NCBI GenBank assembly: GCA_964013405.1 | Contig: CAXGWI010000005.1 | Coordinates: 3,411 to 67,410, forward strand | DNA from: an uncultured Myxococcales bacterium | GTDB taxonomy: Bacteria; Myxococcota; UBA4151 | Reading direction: 5' to 3' | DNA length: 64,000 bases | Shown: in pieces, positions 1-8,182 of the stretch | How positions within the stretch are numbered: the stretch's first letter is position 1 | Layout of the letters: each line of letters opens with the position of its first letter | The notes under the pieces: model-generated | What the model was told of the DNA's origin: nothing | What the model saw: only the letters and a program-made list of their open reading frames with translations | Database searches by the model: none | Made by a program: the position numbers and the translations under genes

Positions 1-601
1 ACAACTTGGGCAAAGGCGCATCGGTGATGGCAAAAGCCAACATGGTGGCCAGGTTGGGGGCGATCATCCCGGCCCCTTTGCCCACCACCGTCACCGTGTA
101 GGAACCCACCGTGGCGCTCTGGATTTTGGGGCCTTGATCGGTGGTCATGATGGCCTGGGCAAAAGCCATCAAGCCTTCGTTGCCGTCATTTAACTGGGAA
201 AAAGCCGCCGGCAGGCCGCCCAACAAAGCCTCGGCGTCGAGGGGGCGACCGATGACCCCGGTGCTCGCCACCTGGATCTCATAGGCCGGACAACTTAACT
301 GGCTCGCCACCTGCTGGGCTGTGGCCTCCGCCGCCGCCATCCCCGCCGGGCCCGTGCAGGCATTGGCGTTGCCCGAGTTCACCACCACGGCCCGGCACCG
401 CTCGCCCGCGCCGTGGGCTCGGCTCAATTGAACCGGCGCAGCCACCACTTGGTTTTGGGTAAAGCGGGCCGCCAAAAGGCCGCTTTTTTCGGCCACGATG
501 AGCCCTAAATCCAGTTGCCCTTCGCCCTTTAAGCCGCAGTGCACGCCGCTCAGGCGGAAGCCGGGGACAGCCTTCGCCCCCTCGAGCATCGAGATGGTCA
601 T
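1..601 (-). CDS. argJ: Glutamate N-acetyltransferase / ornithine acetyltransferase ArgJ (N-terminal ~200 aa; the gene runs off the left edge)
   Basis: Minus-strand translation from ATG at 601 reads MTISMLEGAKAVPGFRLSGVHCGLKGEG...GAGMIAPNLATMLAFAITDAPL. It contains the ArgJ self-cleavage ATML motif and a typical ArgJ N-terminus. The six-frame track missed it because it runs off the window edge. Confidence 0.8.
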   Translation of the reverse strand, partial: MTISMLEGAKAVPGFRLSGVHCGLKGEGQLDLGLIVAEKSGLLAARFTQNQVVAAPVQLSRAHGAGERCRAVVVNSGNANACTGPAGMAAAEATAQQVASQLSCPAYEIQVASTGVIGRPLDAEALLGGLPAAFSQLNDGNEGLMAFAQAIMTTDQGPKIQSATVGSYTVTVVGKGAGMIAPNLATMLAFAITDAPLPKL

Positions 602-729
602 GATCCCTCTCCGGCGCCTTCCTAGCCTGCTTCGCTGCGCTGGGAAACCGGTGCTGGCTTTTCGCGGCCATCGGACACTTGCCCGAAAAGGACCTGCGCC
701 CTTAAAAAGGGCGTGCTACACCACGATGG

Positions 730-2151
730 GTGCCAGCCCTGAGGTTTCACGTGCTTGCTTTGTCGCTCCGCCTTGTTTCGGTTTGGGCGCTGATCGGTCT
801 CAGCGCCGGTTCCGCGTGGGCGAGCCTGTGCTCCAACGACGCCCAATGCAGCCGAGCCTGGGAGCGTTGCCTTTCAGGCCACGGCATCTCCAGCCAATGC
901 GGCCCCGAGCCCAAGCTGCTGAACTACAAATGGCAACTCATCGGTGAAAGCGGCAGCAACTGTGGCTTTACCGAGACCGTCCGCCTCACCGGCAATTATG
1001 GCGAATGCACCACCGACAGTGATTGCAGCGACGACCGAGTCTGCGCCCAGGGATTTTGCCGCCAAGAACGCTGCGTGGGCCGGGTCAGCTATTATGTGGA
1101 TCCGGCCGGCAGCGATGATTTTTCGTCGGCGGAGCGCAGCAAATCAACCCAAGCGGTGGAAGATGCCATGCGCAGTTGGAAGCTGGTGCCCTGTACCGTC
1201 TGGGACGCAGCCTCCCGAGACGTGCCCGACAACATGACCTGGAGCGCCGCCAACGATGGCCTCAACAAGTTCTTCTTCATGGAGGAGGGCTTTCGGGGCC
1301 TGGGCGGGCCCAGCACCCTGGGCATCACCGTCTCCCACTTCCAAGGGGGCGGCTCCCCCACCAGCGACGCCGACATCGTCTTTAACGGCCAAGATCACCG
1401 CTGGACCAGCCGGGACGCCGGCAGCGGCAGTACGGATATTTTTTCCGTCGCTCTGCACGAGATCGGTCACTTTTTGGGCCTGGGTCACCCCTGTGAACTG
1501 GCCCAAGGGGACTGCTCCGTGGACGCGGTCATGAACCCCACCTGGAGCGGCCAGCCCGAAGTGGGCCCCCGCCCCAGCGATGCTCTGGGCGTCTGCGAGC
1601 TCTATCCCGGCGTTCGCCCCCCGGTGGACGACGGCAGCATGCGCTTGGGCGAGCCCTGCACCACCGATTGCGAATGCGCTTCGGGGATCTGCCGCTACGG
1701 CCAATGCAGCCGTCGCTGCCGCATCGATGACCCCTGCCCCCAGGCCGGCGGCACCAAATGCGTGCTGGCCCGCAACGGGGAAGGCCTGTGCATGAGCCCG
1801 GTCTTCGTGGGCGAAGGCCAAGCCAAATACCCCCTGGGTGCCCAGTGCTCCCCCCGGGAGGAGCACAAGTGTGAAAGCGGTCGATGCACCTTTGTCGACA
1901 TCCGTGGAGTTCGCTATGGTCTCTGCACCACCGCGTGCTCCGATGATGCCGACTGTTCCCCAGGTACGGTCTGTCGGGACGGCAGTTGTCTCTTAGACGA
2001 CCAGGTGGCTGAGCCCTGCACCTCGGGACCCGATCCCGTGGATCCAGGCGAGGGCTGCTCCTGCCAAGGGAGCGGCTCGGGTCTGGCCTTATTGATGATG
2101 GGCGGCGCGTTGTTTCTGCGACGACGCCGCGAGAGGAGTTCGTTCCCATGA
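730..2151 (+). CDS. Secreted matrixin-like (metzincin) zinc metalloprotease with C-terminal Cys-rich repeats and a MYXO-CTERM-type sorting tail
   Basis: Signal peptide (LALSLRLVSVWALIGLSAGSAWA). HEIGHFLGLGHP matches HExxHxxGxxH, with a downstream Met-turn VDAVMNP. C-terminal repeats follow the pattern CxxDxDCxSGxCxxGxC. The terminal GCSCQGSGSGLALLMMGGALFLRRRRE is MYXO-CTERM-like. The start codon is GTG at 730, with an alternative GTG at 751. Confidence 0.7.
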   Translation: MPALRFHVLALSLRLVSVWALIGLSAGSAWASLCSNDAQCSRAWERCLSGHGISSQCGPEPKLLNYKWQLIGESGSNCGFTETVRLTGNYGECTTDSDCSDDRVCAQGFCRQERCVGRVSYYVDPAGSDDFSSAERSKSTQAVEDAMRSWKLVPCTVWDAASRDVPDNMTWSAANDGLNKFFFMEEGFRGLGGPSTLGITVSHFQGGGSPTSDADIVFNGQDHRWTSRDAGSGSTDIFSVALHEIGHFLGLGHPCELAQGDCSVDAVMNPTWSGQPEVGPRPSDALGVCELYPGVRPPVDDGSMRLGEPCTTDCECASGICRYGQCSRRCRIDDPCPQAGGTKCVLARNGEGLCMSPVFVGEGQAKYPLGAQCSPREEHKCESGRCTFVDIRGVRYGLCTTACSDDADCSPGTVCRDGSCLLDDQVAEPCTSGPDPVDPGEGCSCQGSGSGLALLMMGGALFLRRRRERSSFP

Positions 2152-2699
2152 GAAGTCTTTTGCTGTTGAGCAGCCTTTGTGTGGCCAGCGCCGCCCAAGC
2201 CACCGTCGTCCTGAAAATGGACCGGGCCGAGATGACCCAGATGAGCGATGACGTGCTGATGGTTCGAGTCGGTGCCCAGCGGGTGGTGGAAGAACAACCC
2301 GGCGCCCTGGTGACCCTGACCGATCTGGAAGTCCTCGAAAGCTTCAAAGGCAAGTACGAGGCCGGCGACACCGTGCTCTTGCAGCAAGCCGGCGGGGTGA
2401 AGGGTGACTGGGTGATGCACATCCCCGGCAAGAACACCTACCGTTTCGGTGAAACTTTGGTGCTCTTTTTAAATCGTCACCGAGACCGGGTGGTGCCCGT
2501 GGGCGTCGGCATCGGCCGCATGGTGGTCGAGGGGGAAGGCGACAGTGCCCTGTTGAAGGAAGAGTACGGTGATGTGGCCTTCGCTGAGCGTAACCCCAAA
2601 GGGAAAATGCGCTTCATGCACGGACCCCCGCCGAGCAAGCCCGTGAAACTCAGCGTCTTTCGCCGCTGGATCAGCAGTCTCTTGGAGGGCTCGCGCTGA
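2148..2699 (+). CDS. Small secreted hypothetical protein (183 aa) embedded between two metzincin genes
   Basis: Signal peptide MRSLLLLSSLCVASAAQA. A GAGAGGAG Shine-Dalgarno sits 9 nt upstream. The start overlaps the upstream stop as ATGA (2148-2151), and the stop overlaps the downstream start as TGATG (2697-2701). I recognise no known domain. Confidence 0.5.
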   Translation: MRSLLLLSSLCVASAAQATVVLKMDRAEMTQMSDDVLMVRVGAQRVVEEQPGALVTLTDLEVLESFKGKYEAGDTVLLQQAGGVKGDWVMHIPGKNTYRFGETLVLFLNRHRDRVVPVGVGIGRMVVEGEGDSALLKEEYGDVAFAERNPKGKMRFMHGPPPSKPVKLSVFRRWISSLLEGSR

Positions 2700-4687
2700 T
2701 GCGTCTTCTCCTCGTCATGACCGCCTTAAGCCTCGCCACCCCGGCGGCGGCTTGGCAGGCGCAGATCGGCAAGTGGAGCCTCGATGGCTCGCCCAACATC
2801 GCCTACCGCGTGAACACCCGCGGGGCTCCCGGCATCGCCGGCGACTCGGATCTGCAAGCCATTCGAAACTCCTTCGACAGTTGGAGTGGTGTGAGTTGCT
2901 CCACCATCAACCTGGTGGAGTCTGGGACCACGAACAATTTACCCAACGCCCGCCGGGACAACGTGAACAATGTTTGGTTTGAAACCCGTGCCAATGCTTG
3001 GAGTTATGGCTCCGGCACCCTGGGCATCACCGGGACCTCCTTCTCGGGCTTTGGTTGTCGGGGCAATGGTCGGCCCGCTCGGGATTGCTGGATCGTCGAT
3101 GCCGATGTGCAGTTCAATGCGGTGCAACACGCAGACGGCTGGAGCACCAACGGGCGCGGCGGCTTGGACGTGGAGTCCATCTCCGTCCATGAGATCGGGC
3201 ACAGTCTCGGCCTCGATCACCCCTGCGAAAACTGCACCGTCGATGCGGTGATGACCCCGTCGTATGTGGGCTATCCCTTTCGCTATCCCCGCCAGGATGA
3301 CACCAACGCCGTTTGCAGTCTTTATCCCGGTGAGCGGGGCGGCCTCGGTTGGGGCTGCAACCGAGACTCCGACTGCAATTCCCGTATTTGCCTGGATGAC
3401 GGTTCCAACGATTACTGCACCGTGACCTGTGGGAACTGCCCGGACGGCTACGAGTGTCGGGCCGACAATGGTCGCAATGTCTGCCAACGGGCGGCCGCTG
3501 GCAGTGGCGCGGCCCAGCAAGGCGAAAGCTGTGCTGGCGGTCGGGCCTGCGGACCGGGCCTGCTGTGCCTGGGCGATCAAAACGACGCCACCTGCTATGC
3601 CGAGTGCGACCGGGGCAATTGCGAGGCCGGCTTTATTTGCGAAACCTTCTCATCCAATGGGCAAAACATCTCCATTTGCTTGCCCGGTGGCACCACTGCT
3701 GAAGGGGAGCCATGCGATTCGCTGTATGCCTGCGCGGCGGGCCTGGAATGCGCCCCTGTGGGTCGTAGCTATGTTTGTGCCAGAGGCTGCCGGAGCGACA
3801 GCGATTGCAACGAGCGCGAGAACTGTCAGGAGTTGACCCGGCCCGGCATCGACACGGTCCAGGTCTGTGTGGAGTCCAACACCGCCCTCGAAGGGGAGAG
3901 TTGTCAGCGTAAGCGTTGCGCCGATGGTCTGACCTGCTTGAGTGATGCGGGCGAACGGCTTTGCTTTCGCAACTGTCGCAGTCGGGCCGACTGCAGCTCG
4001 GGCCTCGACTGCATCGAGATCAGCGATACGATCTCCATCTGCTATGCCAACAACTGCACCGAAGACCGGGACTGCGAGCGGGGTAAAATCTGCCTCGAAG
4101 GCAGTTGCGTGGACGAGACCGGTGGCTGCCGAGCCGATACCGAATGCCGCCGGGGTGAGCTCTGTGAAAACGGTGAATGCACGCCCTTCGAAAGCAATGG
4201 TGATCTGCCGGACAACGAACGCTGCGCCGACGATGGCGACTGCGTGTCGGGTCGCTGTGCAGCCATTGGCTCCACTCGGGTTTGTCGCCCCGGCTGCGAT
4301 CGCCGCCTGGGGCACTTCGAATGCCCCGAGGGCTTTGGCTGCATCCCCGACGATGAAGGCAATGGCTATTGCGAGCGCGGCGCCGACGAAGGGGGCCAAA
4401 GCATCGGTAGCCCCTGCAGCAGCGCCATCGAATGCCGCCAAGGCATCTGTGGCAGCGACTGGGGCTTTGGTGGCGAATGTCTCACCTGGTGTGGCGAGAA
4501 CTTCATCTGTCCCACGGGCTATCTCTGCGATTCGGCCAACAACCCCATGCCCGGGCTCTGTGTGCCCGAAGGGGGCGGTGTCGCCCCCGGTCTGGCCTGT
4601 GCCTGTGAGGGCACGACACCGGACTTCTGGTTCATGGGATTAGGACTGCTCGCAGTGCTCGGTTGGCGTCGCCGCCGCTCAGCCTAA
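2699..4687 (+). CDS. Secreted matrixin-like zinc metalloprotease 2 with an extended Cys-rich repeat region and a MYXO-CTERM-type tail
   Basis: Signal peptide MRLLLVMTALSLATPAAA. HEIGHSLGLDHPC is followed by VDAVMTP. There are more than ten CxxDxDC/CxxGxC-type repeats. The C-terminus is ACACEGTTPDFWFMGLGLLAVLGWRRRRSA. Confidence 0.7.
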   Translation: MRLLLVMTALSLATPAAAWQAQIGKWSLDGSPNIAYRVNTRGAPGIAGDSDLQAIRNSFDSWSGVSCSTINLVESGTTNNLPNARRDNVNNVWFETRANAWSYGSGTLGITGTSFSGFGCRGNGRPARDCWIVDADVQFNAVQHADGWSTNGRGGLDVESISVHEIGHSLGLDHPCENCTVDAVMTPSYVGYPFRYPRQDDTNAVCSLYPGERGGLGWGCNRDSDCNSRICLDDGSNDYCTVTCGNCPDGYECRADNGRNVCQRAAAGSGAAQQGESCAGGRACGPGLLCLGDQNDATCYAECDRGNCEAGFICETFSSNGQNISICLPGGTTAEGEPCDSLYACAAGLECAPVGRSYVCARGCRSDSDCNERENCQELTRPGIDTVQVCVESNTALEGESCQRKRCADGLTCLSDAGERLCFRNCRSRADCSSGLDCIEISDTISICYANNCTEDRDCERGKICLEGSCVDETGGCRADTECRRGELCENGECTPFESNGDLPDNERCADDGDCVSGRCAAIGSTRVCRPGCDRRLGHFECPEGFGCIPDDEGNGYCERGADEGGQSIGSPCSSAIECRQGICGSDWGFGGECLTWCGENFICPTGYLCDSANNPMPGLCVPEGGGVAPGLACACEGTTPDFWFMGLGLLAVLGWRRRRSA

Positions 4688-6136
4688 GCGTTCACGAGCC
4701 CAAGCCGCCGCTCGCTTGCCGTGGAGTAAGGCGTCTTCCATGGCGCTGTACTCCCAGTTGCCGTAGCGCCCCGCGCTCAGGACCGACTGGGATTCCAGCC
4801 AGCCGACCAGAAGGTCCCGTGCGGCACCATGGTGGTCATCATTGAGCACATAGGCGTGGGCGATGGACTCACCCCAGCACTCGAGGATGGAGTCTGGACC
4901 GTCGATGAGGCCGGCCTCGGTGAGCCCCGTCGCCACGGCATCGAAGTGATCCATGGGGTCAAAGCCTCCCCGGTGGGCGAACTCCACATAGAAGTTGCGG
5001 GTGGCACCATCGGTCATGTTGGGCTCCACCGCGGAGAAACTGCCCACCCGGTAAAAGGGAAAGCGGGCTTCGGGGAAATAGGTCCAATGGGGCTGTCCGG
5101 CCCCGTCCCATGGACCCTTCTGGTCGTGATTGCTGCCTTTGGCCAAGACATCGAGATGGGCCACAAAGGTCGACTGCAGCCGTGATCTCGCCTCAGCCAC
5201 CGCCTCGGGCAGCGGCGCGACCCGAGCGGCCAAATCGATGGCGACGGGCAGGGGGAGGCTGGTGAGCAGGGTTTGATAATGGGTCCAGACCCCATCGGCT
5301 CGTTGTACCCGCTTGTTTTCGAGGTCGATGGCCGTGATCTCGACACCCAACTCGATGGGTGCATCCGTCGATCGCCGCACCGCATCGGCCAACTCTTGAA
5401 TCCCCCGGCCCGAGGGGGGGTAGAGGAAGTGGGCATTGTAACCCAGGGCTTCCCGGGAGGCCCCCACCGCACCGGCGATCACATCCTCGACTTTTGGCAC
5501 CGGGATGTATCGGTCGCACCAGCCGGCGCTCAATTCTCGCGGGTGGGTGGTCCAGATTTTTTGATTGTAGGGCACCATGAAATGCTCGGCGATGCCGGCG
5601 CCGAATTTTTGCAGGATCCAGTCCTCAAAGGTCTCCGGCTCAGGGCGCGTCCGCGGGGCATCGCTTGATTCTAAATCGTGAAGACGGGCATCGACGAAGC
5701 CTTGGAGGCACTCCCTCGCAACGGTCGGCGGCAAGCCGAAGGTGTTGGCCTGAAAAGGGTAGAGGGTGTAGACGCCATGGCTGAAAATCCGCGCCTTGCG
5801 GTCGTGTTTTTGCAAGGTGAGTCCCGGCAGTTTCGGCACCCATTCCAACATGTAGGGATCCCGCAAATGCAGCCAGTGGCCGGTGATGTCGAAGCGTGCC
5901 CCTTGCCGTTCTCGGGTCCGGGCTTTGCCCCCCACTTGGTTTAAGGATTCGAGGACACGGGCCCCTTCTCCGAAGTGGGCAGCCGCCGACAGTCCGGTCA
6001 AGCCGGCACCTAAAATCAAAAAGGGCTGTTGATCCAAGGGTCGACCTTTGCTTGCTAAGCGGCCAGCGCCCTGTAGAACAAAGGCAAGCATCCCGCCAAG
6101 CACCCGAGGACGTGAAGTGGATCTAAGCGTTGTCAT
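4679..6136 (-). CDS. FAD-dependent oxidoreductase (amine-oxidase / UDP-galactopyranose-mutase-like Rossmann fold)
   Basis: N-terminal dinucleotide-binding motif LILGAGLTGLSAAAHF...VLE...VGG. The C-terminal GRYGNWEYSAMEDA resembles UGM/amine oxidase C-termini. The true start may be the internal ATG at 6091 (MLAFVLQGAG...). Confidence 0.5.
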   Translation of the reverse strand: MTTLRSTSRPRVLGGMLAFVLQGAGRLASKGRPLDQQPFLILGAGLTGLSAAAHFGEGARVLESLNQVGGKARTRERQGARFDITGHWLHLRDPYMLEWVPKLPGLTLQKHDRKARIFSHGVYTLYPFQANTFGLPPTVARECLQGFVDARLHDLESSDAPRTRPEPETFEDWILQKFGAGIAEHFMVPYNQKIWTTHPRELSAGWCDRYIPVPKVEDVIAGAVGASREALGYNAHFLYPPSGRGIQELADAVRRSTDAPIELGVEITAIDLENKRVQRADGVWTHYQTLLTSLPLPVAIDLAARVAPLPEAVAEARSRLQSTFVAHLDVLAKGSNHDQKGPWDGAGQPHWTYFPEARFPFYRVGSFSAVEPNMTDGATRNFYVEFAHRGGFDPMDHFDAVATGLTEAGLIDGPDSILECWGESIAHAYVLNDDHHGAARDLLVGWLESQSVLSAGRYGNWEYSAMEDALLHGKRAAAWARERLG

Positions 6137-6824
6137 TCCGGTCTATAACGAGGAGGCCATCCTCGAAGAGGCCCTCGTTGGCCTCTTTGAAGACCTCTCC
6201 GCCCATGCCGGTGACTATGAGGTGATTCTGTCCATGAATGGCTGCGTGGATCAAACCGAAGCCATCGCAGAGCGCTTGGCGAAGGCAGAGCCTCGGTTGC
6301 AACTTCATCGCTGTCCCACCCCCGACTACGGCCAGGCCTTGAAAGAGGGCATCGAACGAGCCCGGGGTGCGCTGGTGATCTGCGAAGAGATCGATCTGTG
6401 TGATGACCGCTTTCATCGCACCGCCCTTGCGATGCTGTTGGCCGATCCGGAGTTGGACATGGTCGTGGGCTCCAAAGCCCTCCAGGGCGCCCGGGATCAG
6501 CGCCCTTGGACCCGCCGCATGGCCACCCGCATCCTCAATCGTATGCTCCGGGCCGCCACCGGTTGGCGGGGCACCGATACCCATGGCTTGAAGGCCCTGC
6601 GCCGAGAACGCCTGTTGCCCGTGATCTCCCGCTGTGAGCTTCGAGCGGATCTCTTCGCCAGCGAGATGGTCATTCGGGCCAACCTCGATGGCCTGCGTGT
6701 GGTGGAATATCCCATCGAGTTGATGGAAAAACGCCCCCCCAGCGTCGCGCTGGTGCGCCGGGTCCCGAAGGTCCTGACGGGCATGGTGAAACTGGCCACG
6801 GCCGTGCGCCGACGGGGCGACTAG
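6048..6824 (+). CDS. Family 2 glycosyltransferase (polyprenol-phosphate sugar synthase / DPM1-like)
   Basis: LSVVIPVYNEEAILEE...YEVILSMNGCVDQT is a GT2 N-terminal signature, and the length matches the DPM1-like group. The start is probably GTG at 6117, since the annotated 5' end overlaps the divergent oxidoreductase gene. Confidence 0.75.
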   Translation: MLAKRPAPCRTKASIPPSTRGREVDLSVVIPVYNEEAILEEALVGLFEDLSAHAGDYEVILSMNGCVDQTEAIAERLAKAEPRLQLHRCPTPDYGQALKEGIERARGALVICEEIDLCDDRFHRTALAMLLADPELDMVVGSKALQGARDQRPWTRRMATRILNRMLRAATGWRGTDTHGLKALRRERLLPVISRCELRADLFASEMVIRANLDGLRVVEYPIELMEKRPPSVALVRRVPKVLTGMVKLATAVRRRGD

Positions 6825-8125
6825 TCGCTGTCTTTCAGGCGACGATAAATCGTCCGCACCCCAAGACCTAAGGCCTTCGCAGCCTGTTCCCGGTTGCCGT
6901 TGTAGCGATGGAGCGTCCATCGGATCACCTCGGACTCGATCCGCTTCATATCCCAGTCGGGCAGGATCTGGAGCCCGGCTTCGGCCCCCGGTGCACGGGG
7001 GCTGCCGAAGTCCTCGGGCAAGGCATCCAAGGCCTCGCCGGGATGGAGGGCACAAAGACGGGCACAATAATGACGCAGTTGGCGAATGTTGCCGGGCCAG
7101 GCCTGCTTTTGCAGGGACTCCAAAGCCTGGGGCCCCAGCTTCGGTGCGCTGGTACCCCCTTGCTGTTCGAGGAAATGGGCCACCAGCAAGGGGATGTCAT
7201 CCCGCCGTTCGGCCAGCCGGGGGATGGTCAAGGTCGCGCCGGCGAGCCGGTAGTAGAGATCCTCCCGCAGGCGCTCACCCACCTCCCGGTTGGTGGCGCT
7301 GACAACCCGCACATCGACAGCGATGGGTTGATTGCTGCCCAGGGGCGTCACCTCACCGTTCTCAAGAATGCGCAGCAGTTTCGCCTGCACGCTCATGGGC
7401 ATCTCGCCGATCTCGTCGAGAAACAAGGTGCCGCCGTCGGCCTCCTGGAAGCGGCCGATTCGCTTGCGGTCGGCCCCCGTAAAGGCCCCCCGGGTGTGAC
7501 CGAACAACTCGCTCTCAAGAAGGCTTTCGGGGATGGCCGCGCAATTGATGGCCACGAAGGGCTTGGTGCCCCGGGGGCCGCCGTAGTGCAGGGCCCGGGC
7601 TGCCAACTCTTTGCCGCTGCCACTGTCCCCTTGAATCAGGATCGGGAGATCGGAGGGGGCGAGGCGGTCCAATTGTTGTCGCAACTGGTCCACAGCCGCA
7701 CTGGCACCGAGAATCTCACTGCCGCTCTTTTGCGCCACCTGGTGGCGCAGCCGCTCCACCTCGCTGCGCATTCGGACCCGCTCGCCGGCCCGGCGGACCG
7801 TCTCCACCATCAAGTCGGGATCGAGGGGTTTGGTCAGGAAGTGGAAGGCGCCATCGCCCATGGCCCGGGCCGCCACATCGGCCGTGCCGTAGGCGGTCAT
7901 CAACACCAGCTCAGGGGCGGCCCGCTCGCTCTTCAAGGTGCTCAGCAAATCGAGGCCGTCCATGCCAGGCAGCATCAAATCGGTGAGCACCACCTCGCAA
8001 GGAGGACGGGCGGCCAGATAGTCTTCGGCCCGTTCAAATGCGGTCACGTCGAAGCCGGCCCGGGCCAGGATGGCGGCGGCGACTCGACGCCCCCCCGGGT
8101 CGTCCTCTACCAGGCTGACGCGCAA
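6821..8125 (-). CDS. Sigma-54-dependent response regulator (NtrC family: REC + AAA+ + HTH)
   Basis: REC domain (VVLTDLMLPGMDGLDLL). Walker A GDSGSGKE. GAFTGA motif in ELFGHTRGAFTGA. The C-terminus TIYRRLK is a Fis-type HTH. Confidence 0.85.
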   Translation of the reverse strand: MRVSLVEDDPGGRRVAAAILARAGFDVTAFERAEDYLAARPPCEVVLTDLMLPGMDGLDLLSTLKSERAAPELVLMTAYGTADVAARAMGDGAFHFLTKPLDPDLMVETVRRAGERVRMRSEVERLRHQVAQKSGSEILGASAAVDQLRQQLDRLAPSDLPILIQGDSGSGKELAARALHYGGPRGTKPFVAINCAAIPESLLESELFGHTRGAFTGADRKRIGRFQEADGGTLFLDEIGEMPMSVQAKLLRILENGEVTPLGSNQPIAVDVRVVSATNREVGERLREDLYYRLAGATLTIPRLAERRDDIPLLVAHFLEQQGGTSAPKLGPQALESLQKQAWPGNIRQLRHYCARLCALHPGEALDALPEDFGSPRAPGAEAGLQILPDWDMKRIESEVIRWTLHRYNGNREQAAKALGLGVRTIYRRLKDSD

Positions 8126-8182
8126 GGCTTGTTCTCCCCTCTAAAGCTGGTGCAGTCTTCGTACGAAAAGGGGACTTAGTCC

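Noticed and set aside
279-671. 130-aa minus-strand ORF at the left end
   Set aside because: Out of frame with the convincing ArgJ reading frame on the same strand. Gly/Arg-rich artefact.
6908-8179. 423-aa plus-strand ORF
   Set aside because: Entirely antisense to the well-supported NtrC-family gene, with no recognisable motifs. A typical GC-rich antisense artefact.
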